Shown here: piece by piece, positions 1 to 9,236 of the stretch
How the letters are laid out: every line of letters begins with the position of its first letter
Position numbering within the stretch: the first letter of the stretch is position 1
Source: Escherichia coli
Lineage (GTDB): Bacteria; Pseudomonadota; Gammaproteobacteria; Enterobacterales; Enterobacteriaceae
Reading direction: 5' to 3' (one strand)
Assembly: GCF_001677475.2 (NCBI RefSeq)
Contig: NZ_CP015229.1
DNA: 64,000 nt
Position numbers and translations under genes: made by a program
Notes under the pieces: generated by a model
Database searches by the model: none
What the model was told of the DNA's origin: nothing
What the model saw: the letters and a program-made list of their open reading frames with translations, nothing else

Positions 1-1
1 C

Positions 2-280
2 CGTGAATATCGCCGCCGCCAGAAACAACTGAAATCTGCAACTAAAGCAGCCATTAAGGCGCAGAAACAAATGGACGCGCTGGAAGTTGCTGAACTGCTG
101 CCGCAGATAGCCGAACCAGCAGCACCAGAATCAAGGGTTGTTGGTATTTTCCGGCCTGTGGGTAACACAGTACGGGTTAAATATCGCACCCCCGATGATA
201 AATACGAACCCGCTCGTGATGAATATCTGAATCAGTCACTGGATATTCTGGAACAGAAAAGACGTAAAAAAGCCATTTAA
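2..280 (+). CDS. A: Mu-type transposase A, C-terminal fragment (5' part outside window)
   Basis: Frame open from window edge; ends ...LDILEQKRRKKAI, matching my recollection of the MuA C-terminal RRKKAI tail; sits directly upstream of B. Confidence 0.75.
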   Translation, partial: REYRRRQKQLKSATKAAIKAQKQMDALEVAELLPQIAEPAAPESRVVGIFRPVGNTVRVKYRTPDDKYEPARDEYLNQSLDILEQKRRKKAI

Positions 281-318
281 TTAACGTTTAAACAAAATTT
301 AATTACGAGGTTATTTAG

Positions 319-1278
319 ATGAATATTTCCGATATTCGCGCAGGACTGCGCACGCTTGTAGACAATGGAGAAACCACGCTGACACGCATCGCCAGTGAAT
401 CAGGCGTGGCCCTGAGCACAGTCAGTGGTTTTGTGAATGATAAATATAACGGCAACATGGAATCAGTCGGGCGCACACTGGAACGCTGGCTGGAAAACTA
501 TCACCGCGCAGAAGAACTGCCGGAACCCCCGCGTTTTGTGGAAACTGCAACAGCCCGTCAAATCTGGACAAGTATGCGTTTTGCTAATCTGACCGGAACC
601 ATTGCTGTTATCTGTGGCAATCCAGGAGTGGGTAAAAGCGAAGCAGCCCGTGAATTTTGTCGCACTAATAATAATGTCTGGATGATCACCATCGCGCCAT
701 CCCGTGCCAGTACGCTGGAATGTCTGACTGAACTTGCCGAAGAGTTGGGAATGAATAATGCACCCTGTCGCAAAGGGCCGCTTTCCCGTAATCTGCGTCG
801 CCGCCTGAAAGGGACGCAGGGACTGGTCATTGTTGACGAAGCTGATCACCTTGACACCGAAGCGCTGGAAGAGCTCCGTCTGTTACAGGAGTCCGCCTGT
901 ATTGGTCTGGTTCTGATGGGGAATCACCGTGTTTATTCAAATATGACCGCTAATGGCGACAGAACAATTGAGTTTGCCCGTCTGTTTTCCCGTATTGCAA
1001 AGCGCACAGCAATTAATAAAACCAAAGAAGACGATGTAAACGCAATTGCGGATGCCTGGCAGATTACCGGGAAAAATGAACGGGAATTATTACAGCAGAT
1101 TGCACAAACGCCTGGTGCGCTCCGCATTATGAATCAAACGCTGCGCCTTGCTGTTATGAATGCCTTCGGTAAAGGCGAACGTGTTAATGAGGATTATCTG
1201 CGTGAGGCTTACAAAGAGTTAGACCAGGACGTTGATGTTTCGATGCTGCTGGGTGTGCAAGGGGATGCTGAATCATGA
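319..1278 (+). CDS. B: Mu B-type AAA+ transposition target-DNA activator
   Basis: 319 aa, N-terminal HTH-like region, Walker A GNPGVGKS, Walker B VIVDEAD; position after A as in Mu. Confidence 0.9.
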   Translation: MNISDIRAGLRTLVDNGETTLTRIASESGVALSTVSGFVNDKYNGNMESVGRTLERWLENYHRAEELPEPPRFVETATARQIWTSMRFANLTGTIAVICGNPGVGKSEAAREFCRTNNNVWMITIAPSRASTLECLTELAEELGMNNAPCRKGPLSRNLRRRLKGTQGLVIVDEADHLDTEALEELRLLQESACIGLVLMGNHRVYSNMTANGDRTIEFARLFSRIAKRTAINKTKEDDVNAIADAWQITGKNERELLQQIAQTPGALRIMNQTLRLAVMNAFGKGERVNEDYLREAYKELDQDVDVSMLLGVQGDAES

Positions 1279-1502
1279 TGTCACGGAATATCAAAATGGC
1301 AACGGAAGTAAAGAGCTGGTTACAGGAGCGCGGCAGCCACGTCAACGAATCCTGGCTGGGCGTGGCCCGCCCGGTGCTTGAAATCACCTGCCCACCACCG
1401 GAGCTTGTCAGGAATGCTGTCAGGATTATGGAGCGTAAATCAGGGGTTGCCCGTTCAGTCTGGACGGCCCGCCTTAATGGTTGCCAGATTATCTGGCGTT
1501 AA
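1275..1502 (+). CDS. small early protein in the position of Mu kil
   Basis: 75-aa ORF overlapping the B stop (ATGA); assignment by position only. Confidence 0.4.
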   Translation: MMSRNIKMATEVKSWLQERGSHVNESWLGVARPVLEITCPPPELVRNAVRIMERKSGVARSVWTARLNGCQIIWR

Positions 1503-1534
1503 TAACGGCTTATTTATTTGTGAGGAATAACAAA

Positions 1535-1804
1535 ATGGCAAAAGTAATCTTTGAATTTAACCGCATGGAAGATGTTGAGTTTCAGAAAAAAGGAGGTTTC
1601 TTTGTAGGAATGAGTGTGCAACTGGAAGAACAGTCTCCTAAGGAGCAAACCGGACCGCATGACGTGATGGCAGTCATTATCAAGAGCATGGCTCCTGAAA
1701 TTATTGAAAAAGCAACCCAGGAGTTGTTGAAGTCAGCCAGAGAACTTGGGCTGGAAGCCGAAGGCGAGTTATTCCGGTATAACCCGGATGCAGCTAAATA
1801 TTAA
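1535..1804 (+). CDS. hypothetical early-region protein
   Basis: ATG at 1535 preceded by GAGGAA; 89 aa; no recognisable motif. Confidence 0.5.
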   Translation: MAKVIFEFNRMEDVEFQKKGGFFVGMSVQLEEQSPKEQTGPHDVMAVIIKSMAPEIIEKATQELLKSARELGLEAEGELFRYNPDAAKY

Positions 1805-1824
1805 TTCGCAAAGGAACGCTGACA

Positions 1825-2244
1825 ATGAAAGCCAAAATCAGAAACGAAATTCAGGCATTAATTCGGATTAAAGAGCGTAATAGCAATGGTGGAGACTTGC
1901 GCGAATTTATTTGCGCGCGCGAAGTTGAGGGATATGGCGAAAAGACTTACCTGATTGCATTCGACCATTACAGCATTTGTGCGCGTTATTGCGGGGAGGC
2001 GGTATTCCGCGCCATTACGTTTGGCAATGCCTTCAATGTGGATTTATGGGAATACGTCATGGACCGCGAATACATCAGCGCGTCAGACCCGGACGCACGG
2101 GAGCAGTGGAAGAACATCTGGCGCGATTACCGGCAAATGGCGAAAGGCTGGACGCAGGGGACGTATTCTTCCCTTGCCCTGAAAGCGGTTCAGCTATCTG
2201 TGCGGCATATGCTGTCGGCACGATTCGAACTCCCGGTGCACTGA
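1825..2244 (+). CDS. hypothetical early-region protein
   Basis: 139-aa ORF with AAGGAA-type RBS; fits the tight + strand gene string. Confidence 0.55.
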   Translation: MKAKIRNEIQALIRIKERNSNGGDLREFICAREVEGYGEKTYLIAFDHYSICARYCGEAVFRAITFGNAFNVDLWEYVMDREYISASDPDAREQWKNIWRDYRQMAKGWTQGTYSSLALKAVQLSVRHMLSARFELPVH

Positions 2245-2260
2245 TAAGGAGGGCATCATC

Positions 2261-2548
2261 ATGATAATCCCTCGCAAAAGATGGTCACGTGAAGACCGGG
2301 AATTTATCGAAGCCAGTGTCGGGAAAATGACAGTTGAAGAAATGGCGAAAAAACTGAACGTTGCCACAAGCGCCCTGCGGGCACATGCCAGAAGGTACGG
2401 AATATCGTTGTGTGTATACAAAATCAGTGAGCACGACAAATATTTGTGTCGAGAACTTTATAAAGAAGGGGTGGCTATTCATGTCATTGCCCAAAAGATG
2501 GAATTAAGCAATCGGGCTGTATCCAGCGTTGTATACAGTGAATATTAA
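2261..2548 (+). CDS. small HTH-like early protein
   Basis: 95 aa with two HTH-like segments (TVEEMAKKLNVATSALRAH; IHVIAQKMELSNRAVSS). Confidence 0.5.
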   Translation: MIIPRKRWSREDREFIEASVGKMTVEEMAKKLNVATSALRAHARRYGISLCVYKISEHDKYLCRELYKEGVAIHVIAQKMELSNRAVSSVVYSEY

Positions 2549-2568
2549 TTAACAGGAGCTTTATTTAT

Positions 2569-3093
2569 ATGGCTAAACCAGCAAAACGAATCAGGAATGC
2601 CGCAGCAGCTTATGTTCCTCAATCCCGCGATGCCGTGGTGTGTGATATTCGCTGGATTGGTGACCTGCAACGCGAAGCGGTACGACTTGAAACGGAAATG
2701 AATGACGCTATTGCTGAAATTACGGAGAAATACGCCTCACGGATTGCGCCGCTTAAAACCCGTATTGAAACCCTTTCAAAAGGCGTTCAGGGGTGGTGTG
2801 AAGCGAACCGTGACGAACTGACGAACGGCGGCAAGGTGAAGACGGCCAACCTGGTAACCGGTGATGTGTCATGGCGTCAGCGCCCACCATCAGTAAGTAT
2901 TCGCGGTGTGGATGCGGTGATGGAAACGCTGGAGCGTCTTGGCCTGCAACGCTTTATTCGCACGAAACAGGAAATCAACAAGGAAGCGATTTTACTGGAA
3001 CCGAAAGCGGTCGCAGGTGTTGCCGGAATTACAGTTAAATCAGGCATTGAAGATTTTTCTATTATTCCGTTTGAACAGGAAGCCGGTATTTAA
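2569..3093 (+). CDS. gam: Gam host-nuclease inhibitor (Ku-like DNA-end binding)
   Basis: 174 aa, near-identical over long stretches to my recollection of Mu Gam (MAKPAKRI...GDLQREA..RLETEMNDAIAEITEK...IIPFEQEAGI). Confidence 0.92.
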   Translation: MAKPAKRIRNAAAAYVPQSRDAVVCDIRWIGDLQREAVRLETEMNDAIAEITEKYASRIAPLKTRIETLSKGVQGWCEANRDELTNGGKVKTANLVTGDVSWRQRPPSVSIRGVDAVMETLERLGLQRFIRTKQEINKEAILLEPKAVAGVAGITVKSGIEDFSIIPFEQEAGI

Positions 3094-3191
3094 TACCACC
3101 ACGAATATTTAATTAGTTCACTTTCTTTTAATTATGGCGCGATGCGTCAGGGGATTGCTCGCGCCTGAATCTGATATACGGGATATAAAAA

Positions 3192-3734
3192 ATGATTAAT
3201 ACAAAAGTTCTGAGCGGCGTCAGCACATTATTACAGGTTTACGGGCGTCTGACCTGCGGCGTACTGGCTGAAAAAATGAAGATGCCACCTTCCTCAATGG
3301 TGTATTTCCTGCGTGATGCGGTTGATGCCGGAGTTCTCACTGAATGCAACGGATTTTATGACGTTCCGCGCCCTCGTCCGACGCCGCCAGTAATACGAAA
3401 CGCAACAACGGAGCACCCCGATGTTGATGATGCTCAATGGTGCGCGTTCCGCCGCTCTTTGCCCTGGCTGGAAGGCAATGCCATTCCGGCACTGGCAAAA
3501 GAATTTGCGACAGGCGTACTGACCTGCGAGTCGGTTTACATCGTTGCTGAAGTGGATGACGATATGTGCAAACAGGGAATGCCCCGTTTTGTGATGGCTT
3601 ATATCGATATCCGGCTGGGTCGTTTTATTTGTGGCTCCAGTGGCTGGAATATCACCGACCACATCCTGCGCTATCTCATTCTTGATTATTCACCAGCTCC
3701 GGCAGCAACACAGGAAGTCAGTGAACATGATTAA
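3192..3734 (+). CDS. hypothetical early-region protein, N-terminal winged-helix-like
   Basis: 180-aa ORF; N-terminus resembles MarR/wHTH; otherwise unrecognised. Confidence 0.5.
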   Translation: MINTKVLSGVSTLLQVYGRLTCGVLAEKMKMPPSSMVYFLRDAVDAGVLTECNGFYDVPRPRPTPPVIRNATTEHPDVDDAQWCAFRRSLPWLEGNAIPALAKEFATGVLTCESVYIVAEVDDDMCKQGMPRFVMAYIDIRLGRFICGSSGWNITDHILRYLILDYSPAPAATQEVSEHD

Positions 3735-3909
3735 GTCAACTGGCTTTGTCCTGCTGGTTGGCACCTGCGGGAATGATGCCTGCGATGCCATTCCGGTAAC
3801 GGAAAAAATCTGGCCCACAGAGCAGGCATGTATGCAGGTGATGGAGCGCATACAAAAACGTTATCCCAGTGAAATCTTTTATTGCGAAGAGGTATTACGA
3901 AATGAATAA
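3727..3909 (+). CDS. small hypothetical protein with N-terminal hydrophobic/lipobox-like segment
   Basis: ATG at 3727 overlaps the previous stop; MIKSTGFVLLVGTCG... then Cys-containing 45 aa. Confidence 0.4.
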   Translation: MIKSTGFVLLVGTCGNDACDAIPVTEKIWPTEQACMQVMERIQKRYPSEIFYCEEVLRNE

Positions 3910-4228
3910 ACCAGAGAATAAAGAAATGAAATTCACACCAGTTGATATTGATGGCGTCATGGCTAATTTAAAGATGCTGGAACGTATGCACGATATCGTT
4001 AAATATGGTATTGAGCATGACCTCACCGCCAGAGAAGTCCGGAGCATTATTAACCGTGAAATGAACCAGGTGGAAGCTGCCGTGGCGCTACAAAATGAAG
4101 CAGCCCGCGAGGAATACATTCGTCGCAGGCTGGGACTATCAAATAAAGATATTCTTACGGATGCTCAGATGGCTGAGGCTTTTGATATTCATCAGAATCT
4201 TGGTCTAACAAACGGATGGTATCAGTGA
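3902..4228 (+). CDS. hypothetical early-region protein
   Basis: ATG at 3902 after GAGGTA; 108 aa; the 3' end overlaps a convergent minus-strand ORF. Confidence 0.5.
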   Translation: MNKPENKEMKFTPVDIDGVMANLKMLERMHDIVKYGIEHDLTAREVRSIINREMNQVEAAVALQNEAAREEYIRRRLGLSNKDILTDAQMAEAFDIHQNLGLTNGWYQ

Positions 4229-4421
4229 TTAGCTGTGATATTTGCAGAATGGGATTATTCGTTGTTCTCAATGCCGGAGCCTCTGCCGCTCCGCTTGCTG
4301 CGGCTTCGAGGATCGTTTTGCCTTCCTCTGCGGTAATCAGCCCCTTTCTGACAAGGAGTATCAGCAACCTTGAAGCAATGACATACCCTGCAACATCATA
4401 AGGCTGTTCACTGTTTTTCAT
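4155..4421 (-). CDS. reverse-oriented small ORF (moron-like) inside the early operon
   Basis: ATG at 4421 preceded by AGAGGAAA RBS; 88 aa (MKNSEQPYDV...); the only credible minus-strand gene in the Mu-like part. Confidence 0.5.
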   Translation of the reverse strand: MKNSEQPYDVAGYVIASRLLILLVRKGLITAEEGKTILEAAASGAAEAPALRTTNNPILQISQLITDTIRLLDQDSDEYQKPQPSEHP

Positions 4422-4494
4422 AAAAAGTTTCCTCTGTTTAGTGAGTGGATTCTGGCGGTGTTGCCGCACCGCCCCCTTTTCTGGAGGTACGATA

Positions 4495-5046
4495 ATGAAT
4501 CGCACATCCCTGATTAAATTAATTCATGTCGCCCGTCGTGATCTACAACTCGACGATGACACTTACCGCGCCTTTCTGGTGCAGTGCACAGGCAAGACCA
4601 GCTGCCGCGAGCTGTCCGTTGCACAACTGGAACGTGTGCTCGATGCCATGAAAGAGTGCGGTTTTAAAAAGCAGAAAAAACATCCCCGCCGTCGCTTTAA
4701 GGGGCATGTCACACCGCGCGAGAAGATTTATAAAATCTGGCAGCAGATGTTTCAGGATGGCTTTATCGCTGATGGCAGCGATGTCGCGCTGGACAAATAC
4801 GTTGCACGCCTGACGGCCAGACGTAATGGCGGTCAGGGGGTTTCCACGCTGGCCTGGTGTCACGGGGAATCGTTGCAGGTTGTGCTCGAAACGCTCAAGC
4901 AGTGGCACATGCGCTGCATCCGGGAAGCCTTTGCCCGACATGGTGTGCCGTTACCTGCAAGCCCATCCGGGCGGGAACTACGCGGATATGATGCACTGAC
5001 CAGTGCATATGCCCGCGCACGAAACAGCGGGAGAATTGCTGTATGA
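4495..5046 (+). CDS. gemA: GemA-like regulatory protein (DUF1018 family)
   Basis: MNRTSLIKLIHVARRDLQLDDDTYRAFL... typical GemA N-terminus; sits just before mor as in Mu. Confidence 0.8.
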   Translation: MNRTSLIKLIHVARRDLQLDDDTYRAFLVQCTGKTSCRELSVAQLERVLDAMKECGFKKQKKHPRRRFKGHVTPREKIYKIWQQMFQDGFIADGSDVALDKYVARLTARRNGGQGVSTLAWCHGESLQVVLETLKQWHMRCIREAFARHGVPLPASPSGRELRGYDALTSAYARARNSGRIAV

Positions 5047-5492
5047 AACAGATGAAAGAGCAGGATTTATTCGAAGACCTTCGGGACGACAGCGTTCTGG
5101 AATATCTTCATGATTACCAGGAAAACACCGCTTATCCGGCGTTACTTTCTGAACTGAACGCACTGCTGCGTAAAGAGCTGGCCCGGATTGGCGCAGACCC
5201 TGCTCATTCCCTTGAGCTGGTTGTGGCGATTTGTCGCCATATCGGCGGGATGCAGGTTTATGTTCCGAGGGGGAATATTCTGGAGAATCTTGTCCGGGAT
5301 ATGCGTATCTGGCGTGATTTTAACGGTCATAATATTCCTGAACTGGTTCAGCGTTACGGGGTGACGTATAAAACCGTCTACAAGGCCATCAAACGGATGC
5401 GACGTCTGGAGCGCAATAAATACCAGCCGGATTTGTTTTACCCCTCCCCGAACCTGCCTCACCCCGTTCGTCGTCCACCACGACGCCCTTAA
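5043..5492 (+). CDS. mor: Mor middle-operon transcription activator (Mor/C family)
   Basis: Strong similarity to recalled Mu Mor (DPAHSLE.VVAIC.H.GG.QVY.PRG...IW.DFNG.N..EL..RYGVT..TVYKAI.RMRRL); 149 aa. Confidence 0.88.
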   Translation: MKQMKEQDLFEDLRDDSVLEYLHDYQENTAYPALLSELNALLRKELARIGADPAHSLELVVAICRHIGGMQVYVPRGNILENLVRDMRIWRDFNGHNIPELVQRYGVTYKTVYKAIKRMRRLERNKYQPDLFYPSPNLPHPVRRPPRRP

Positions 5493-5496
5493 TCAA

Positions 5497-5522
5497 TGAA
5501 GCCGGTAAATCCGGCTTTTTTT
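5497..5522 (+). terminator. intrinsic terminator after mor
   Basis: TGAAGCCGG-TAAAT-CCGGCTTTTTTT; the identical 26-mer recurs at 13232-13257. Confidence 0.75.
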
Positions 5523-5577
5523 ATGCCTCCGGCACCATGAAGCAGACCACGTTTAAATCTGCTTCACAGGTGCTTTT

Positions 5578-6174
5578 ATGGAAAATCAAAAATTCTCCCC
5601 GGCCTTTGAACATGCGCTGAATTTCATTCTGCGTCCCGATATCGAAGGCGTCTATGCCAATGACCCCACTGACCGTGGCGGTGAAACCAAATACGGCATT
5701 TCTGACCGCCGCGACGGTGTGACTGACGGCAAAACCGATGTCAACGGCGACGGCAAACCGGATACCCGCATCAGGGATTTAACCCGCGAACAGGTTGCTC
5801 AGATTTACTGGCGCGATTACTGGCTGCCTGCCGGATGTGACCAGTGGCCTGATGGCGTGGCGATGTTTGTGTTCGATGCGGCGGTTCAGCATGGCGTTAA
5901 AAAAGCTATCAGGATTTTGCAGGAAGCCGCGGATGTGGATGCTGACGGCATCATCGGCCCCCGTACCCGTAAGGCCGTGAGCCTGTCCACCCCGGACTGG
6001 CTGCTGGCCCGCTGCATTGTCCGTCGTTCCCGCTTTTATGCCGACATCATCAAGTCCAAACCCGCCCAGGGCAAATACCTGAACGGCTGGTTTAACCGCA
6101 TGGAAAAGCTGACCGACGCCTGTCTGGAAATCATCGATACCCCTCCAGGCATCATGTCCGCCACGCGGGGGTGA
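5578..6174 (+). CDS. endolysin, GH108-type N-terminus with C-terminal peptidoglycan-binding domain
   Basis: F..AL.F.L..EGVYANDPTDRGGETKYGI motif of glycoside hydrolase 108; C-terminal DADGIIGPRT PG-binding-like repeat. Confidence 0.8.
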   Translation: MENQKFSPAFEHALNFILRPDIEGVYANDPTDRGGETKYGISDRRDGVTDGKTDVNGDGKPDTRIRDLTREQVAQIYWRDYWLPAGCDQWPDGVAMFVFDAAVQHGVKKAIRILQEAADVDADGIIGPRTRKAVSLSTPDWLLARCIVRRSRFYADIIKSKPAQGKYLNGWFNRMEKLTDACLEIIDTPPGIMSATRG

Positions 6175-6175
6175 T

Positions 6176-6427
6176 ATGGGCAAAGGCTGGGATGCCTCTC
6201 TGAAAGCCGGGCGGCGCGACCGCCTGCGTCAGGAGGTTCTGCACCGCATGGCCGGAGGTCCGCCCCCGAAACCGCTGGACTATACCGGCCATGACGGCAC
6301 ACACGCCAGCTACTACATGCGTGGCTGGAACTCCGTGGATACACGGGACATTTTCTGGCAGTGCCAGAAGTACAGGGAAAAATTCAATGTGGAAAAAGGT
6401 TATGAACAAAATTTTAAAACTGTGTGA
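6176..6427 (+). CDS. hypothetical protein in the lysis block
   Basis: 83-aa ORF starting 2 nt after the endolysin stop. Confidence 0.45.
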   Translation: MGKGWDASLKAGRRDRLRQEVLHRMAGGPPPKPLDYTGHDGTHASYYMRGWNSVDTRDIFWQCQKYREKFNVEKGYEQNFKTV

Positions 6428-6812
6428 CTGGCTGATTTGTTCCCGACTGATGAGAACCCCATGGCCGCTGGCCGGACTGACGCTCTGTATGTTCATCATC
6501 AGCATGTTATGTGGCTGGCGATCGTTCGTGTTGATGTTGTTGTCCTTTGCCGGGGTGGTGTTGTTTTCATACAGCGCAAGCCTCGGGAATGTGCCATTTC
6601 GCCTGCTGCCTGAGGTCCGTTACCGGGCTTTTGGTCGCCACATCATCGTGTGGTCATGGGTGGTCTGGGCGCTGGGATATTTCTGCTGCGTCTTCAGCAC
6701 GCTGATGATGATGTCACCGGCACACCCGGTGTTCTGGCTGTGTGGTGGCGGTTGCGGCGCTCTGCTCTGTCTTCAGCGTTATCTGTATGGAGGTTTCCCG
6801 TGGATCCGTTAA
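6387..6812 (+). CDS. multi-pass membrane protein (holin/antiholin candidate); start uncertain (6387 or 6402)
   Basis: About 140 aa with 3-4 hydrophobic spans, in the lysis region. Confidence 0.5.
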   Translation: MWKKVMNKILKLCDWLICSRLMRTPWPLAGLTLCMFIISMLCGWRSFVLMLLSFAGVVLFSYSASLGNVPFRLLPEVRYRAFGRHIIVWSWVVWALGYFCCVFSTLMMMSPAHPVFWLCGGGCGALLCLQRYLYGGFPWIR

Positions 6813-7408
6813 CCCTTTCAGGCATCGCCTCCGTTCTGCTGAAAGCCGGGCCGGGGCTGATTCGTTCCGTCGGGCGCTGGTTTGGTGGCGGTACATCTGC
6901 CGCCGCTGACTCGGTGGCCGGTATGGTGGAAAGCGTCCGGGAAAGCCTGCCGGTGGCTGAACAGCAGCGCGTTCTGGAACAGAAGATGGCGATGTTACCA
7001 CCGGAACAACAGATACAACTGGAAACCCTGAAAATTCAGCTGCAACAACTGGAGGTGGAGCGGCAGAAGCTGGTGCTGGCTGACCAGCAGGCCGCACACC
7101 ACGAACAGCAGGAAACCATCCGCAATGGTGACAACGCCACGGACAGCTATGTGCGCCAGACGCGCCCGCTGCTGGCCCGCCTTTCCTGTTACAGCGGTCT
7201 GGCCTATGTGCTGTTGCTCTCCTGCGGCCAGATTGCCGGAGCCGTTGCCGGTGCCAGAGGTATCACGCTGCATATGCCAACACCGGACTGGGATATCACG
7301 CTGATGTTGCTTACCCCTGCGCTGGGCTATCTCGGCGTGCGAACCCTTGACGGCTTTGCCCGTTACAGCAAATCAAGCCGTCACAAAATGTCTGCGGGGC
7401 TGAAATGA
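6800..7408 (+). CDS. membrane protein with coiled-coil and C-terminal TM spans (holin-family candidate)
   Basis: GTG at 6800 with GGAGG 7 nt upstream; Q/E-rich coiled coil then 2-3 TM segments. Confidence 0.55.
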   Translation: MDPLTLSGIASVLLKAGPGLIRSVGRWFGGGTSAAADSVAGMVESVRESLPVAEQQRVLEQKMAMLPPEQQIQLETLKIQLQQLEVERQKLVLADQQAAHHEQQETIRNGDNATDSYVRQTRPLLARLSCYSGLAYVLLLSCGQIAGAVAGARGITLHMPTPDWDITLMLLTPALGYLGVRTLDGFARYSKSSRHKMSAGLK

Positions 7409-7632
7409 CCGATGAAATCGACCGCATCAGTGAAGTGGTTCTGAACGAGCGTCAGTGCGTCGTTAAAGCCTGGCAGACGCGGACAAAAGAAGCGCCCCAC
7501 AGTCGGGGCTTCTGCAATGACTGCGGGAACGTTATTCCGGCACAGCGCCTTGCGGCGCTGCCGGATGTGGTGACCTGTATTGACTGCCAGCAGATGCGTG
7601 AGCGCAGGAGGAAGACATGTCCTGGGAAGTGA
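7405..7632 (+). CDS. TraR/DksA-type C4 zinc-finger protein
   Basis: CNDCG...19 aa...CIDCQ motif in 75 aa. Confidence 0.8.
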   Translation: MTDEIDRISEVVLNERQCVVKAWQTRTKEAPHSRGFCNDCGNVIPAQRLAALPDVVTCIDCQQMRERRRKTCPGK

Positions 7633-7922
7633 TCCGGGCCAACTGGCCCATTTTATGGGCGCTGTTGATGACAGCGATAAATTTGCTTCAGCTGATTCTG
7701 GCAAAGACTTACGTCAAACGCGAAGAGTTTGATTCGCTGCGTTCCCGTGTGTCGGTGATGGAAGGTCTGGTGAATCAGCTCCCCGACCGCAATGAATTTC
7801 ACCGCCTGCAACTGGATATCAGCAACCTGCGGGGCGAAATCCGGGAACTGGGGCCATCCATACGCCAGGTTTCCCGCATCAGTGATTTGTTATTAGAGAA
7901 CGAGTTAAAGGTAAAAAATTAA
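7617..7922 (+). CDS. N-terminal TM + coiled-coil protein (DUF2730-like, Mu gp25 position)
   Basis: WPILWALLMTAINLLQLILA TM segment followed by a heptad-rich region. Confidence 0.6.
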   Translation: MSWEVIRANWPILWALLMTAINLLQLILAKTYVKREEFDSLRSRVSVMEGLVNQLPDRNEFHRLQLDISNLRGEIRELGPSIRQVSRISDLLLENELKVKN

Positions 7923-8215
7923 TGGCGATGAAAGAGATCCTCACTGAAGACCGTCGTCTGGTGTTGCTGCGTTCCCTGCTGGACTGTGGCGACAGCGCGA
8001 ATGAATCCGTGTTGCAGACCTGCCTTCAGGCTTATGGTCATAAGGTATCCCGTGATGTGGTGCGCACCCAGCTTGCATGGCTTCGCGAGCAGGGGTTGGT
8101 TCGTCTGTCTGATGTGGGCGGCTGTTACGTGGCTGAAATCACCGGCAGCGGCGAGGATGTGGCAAACGGCCTGTCCAGCGTTCCGGGCGTTAAAAAACCC
8201 CGTGCGAGGGGCTGA
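7922..8215 (+). CDS. small winged-helix-like protein (Mu gp26 position)
   Basis: 97-aa ORF, start overlaps the previous stop (TAATG). Confidence 0.55.
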   Translation: MAMKEILTEDRRLVLLRSLLDCGDSANESVLQTCLQAYGHKVSRDVVRTQLAWLREQGLVRLSDVGGCYVAEITGSGEDVANGLSSVPGVKKPRARG

Positions 8216-8217
8216 GC

Positions 8218-8517
8218 ATGGCCCGAAAACTGAAGCCGTTAAGTCGCGGAGAACGGGCCGTCGTGCGGCAACTGGCGTACTGCCTTGTGCTGGCAGATAT
8301 TGAGCAAAACGCCATTGTCCGTGCATACGAACAACAGACCGGAAAGCCCTGGAGCCCGGATGCACCGGACAGCCCCATGAAACGCTTTCTGCGGTCATCA
8401 CCGGCATGTGCGCGGCTGTGGAAGCTGCTGGGTAAGGATATCCGGTCCGTTCGCGAAGAAATATACGCCGGTCTGAAAACACCGGGAACTGAAGACGGGG
8501 GCCGTCGTGAACCGTAA
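8218..8517 (+). CDS. hypothetical protein
   Basis: 99-aa ORF in the + strand string upstream of terminase. Confidence 0.5.
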   Translation: MARKLKPLSRGERAVVRQLAYCLVLADIEQNAIVRAYEQQTGKPWSPDAPDSPMKRFLRSSPACARLWKLLGKDIRSVREEIYAGLKTPGTEDGGRREP

Positions 8518-8654
8518 AAAGAATCCGATAAGTAAAGCGTCCCGTGATGAACTCCGCCGTCTGGCGCACAACCTGACATGGCGGGAAATCCAGAGCGGCG
8601 CGCTGAAATCTGCATACGAAAGTTTACAGCGTAGTGAGCAACAGGAGGGCAAAC

Positions 8655-9236
8655 ATGGAAAATGAACAACGCCCCACCCGTGGCCGTCTTTCCAAAGTGG
8701 ATTTACTCCCGGACAGCATCCGGGAGCAGTTGCATCAGATGCTGCGGGAAAAGCGGCACACGCAGGAAGAAATCCGCGAAGCCATCAACGCCCTGATTGA
8801 CGAACACAACCTGCCGGAAGAGATGCAGTTAAGCCGGACGGGTTTAAACCGTTATGCCAGCCGCATGGAAAAAGTCGGGGCCAAAATCCGCGCCTCCCGC
8901 GAAATGGCCGAAGTCTGGGCGGCAAAGCTGGGTTCCGCGCCAACATCAGACGTCGGCAGGCTGCTGATGGAGTTTGTAAAAACGCTGGCCTTTGAAACGT
9001 CCATGTCGATGGCAGAAGACGACAAACCTGTAGCACCAAAGGCGCTGGGGCAACTGGCGCTGGTTGCCCAGCGTCTGGAAGCGGCAGCCATGACCAGCCA
9101 TAAACGCGAGAAAGCGATCCGCGATGCGTTTGCACAGGAGATGGCTGAGAAAACCGAAGAGCTGGTCAGAACGGGTGGTCTGTCAGGCGGTGCGGCTGAC
9201 ACCATCAAACGAGACATTCTGGGGATTAGCGCATGA
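8655..9236 (+). CDS. terminase small subunit (Mu gp27/DUF3486-like)
   Basis: ATG at 8655 after AGGAGGG; RGRLSKVDLLPDSIREQL... N-terminus; directly precedes the large terminase. Confidence 0.7.
   Translation: MENEQRPTRGRLSKVDLLPDSIREQLHQMLREKRHTQEEIREAINALIDEHNLPEEMQLSRTGLNRYASRMEKVGAKIRASREMAEVWAAKLGSAPTSDVGRLLMEFVKTLAFETSMSMAEDDKPVAPKALGQLALVAQRLEAAAMTSHKREKAIRDAFAQEMAEKTEELVRTGGLSGGAADTIKRDILGISA

Noticed and set aside
6176-6427. Possible ribosome-modulation-factor (Rmf/CrpP)-like protein (RRDRL, YMRGWNS)
   Set aside because: Only two short motif resemblances exist, and the conserved Cys-Pro core I associate with that family is absent. I left it as hypothetical.
8507-8665. 52-aa GTG-initiated ORF between 8218-8517 and the small terminase gene
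   Set aside because: It is plausible by position (basic, helical), but it is short, has a non-ATG start and a weak RBS. That is not enough evidence to call it.
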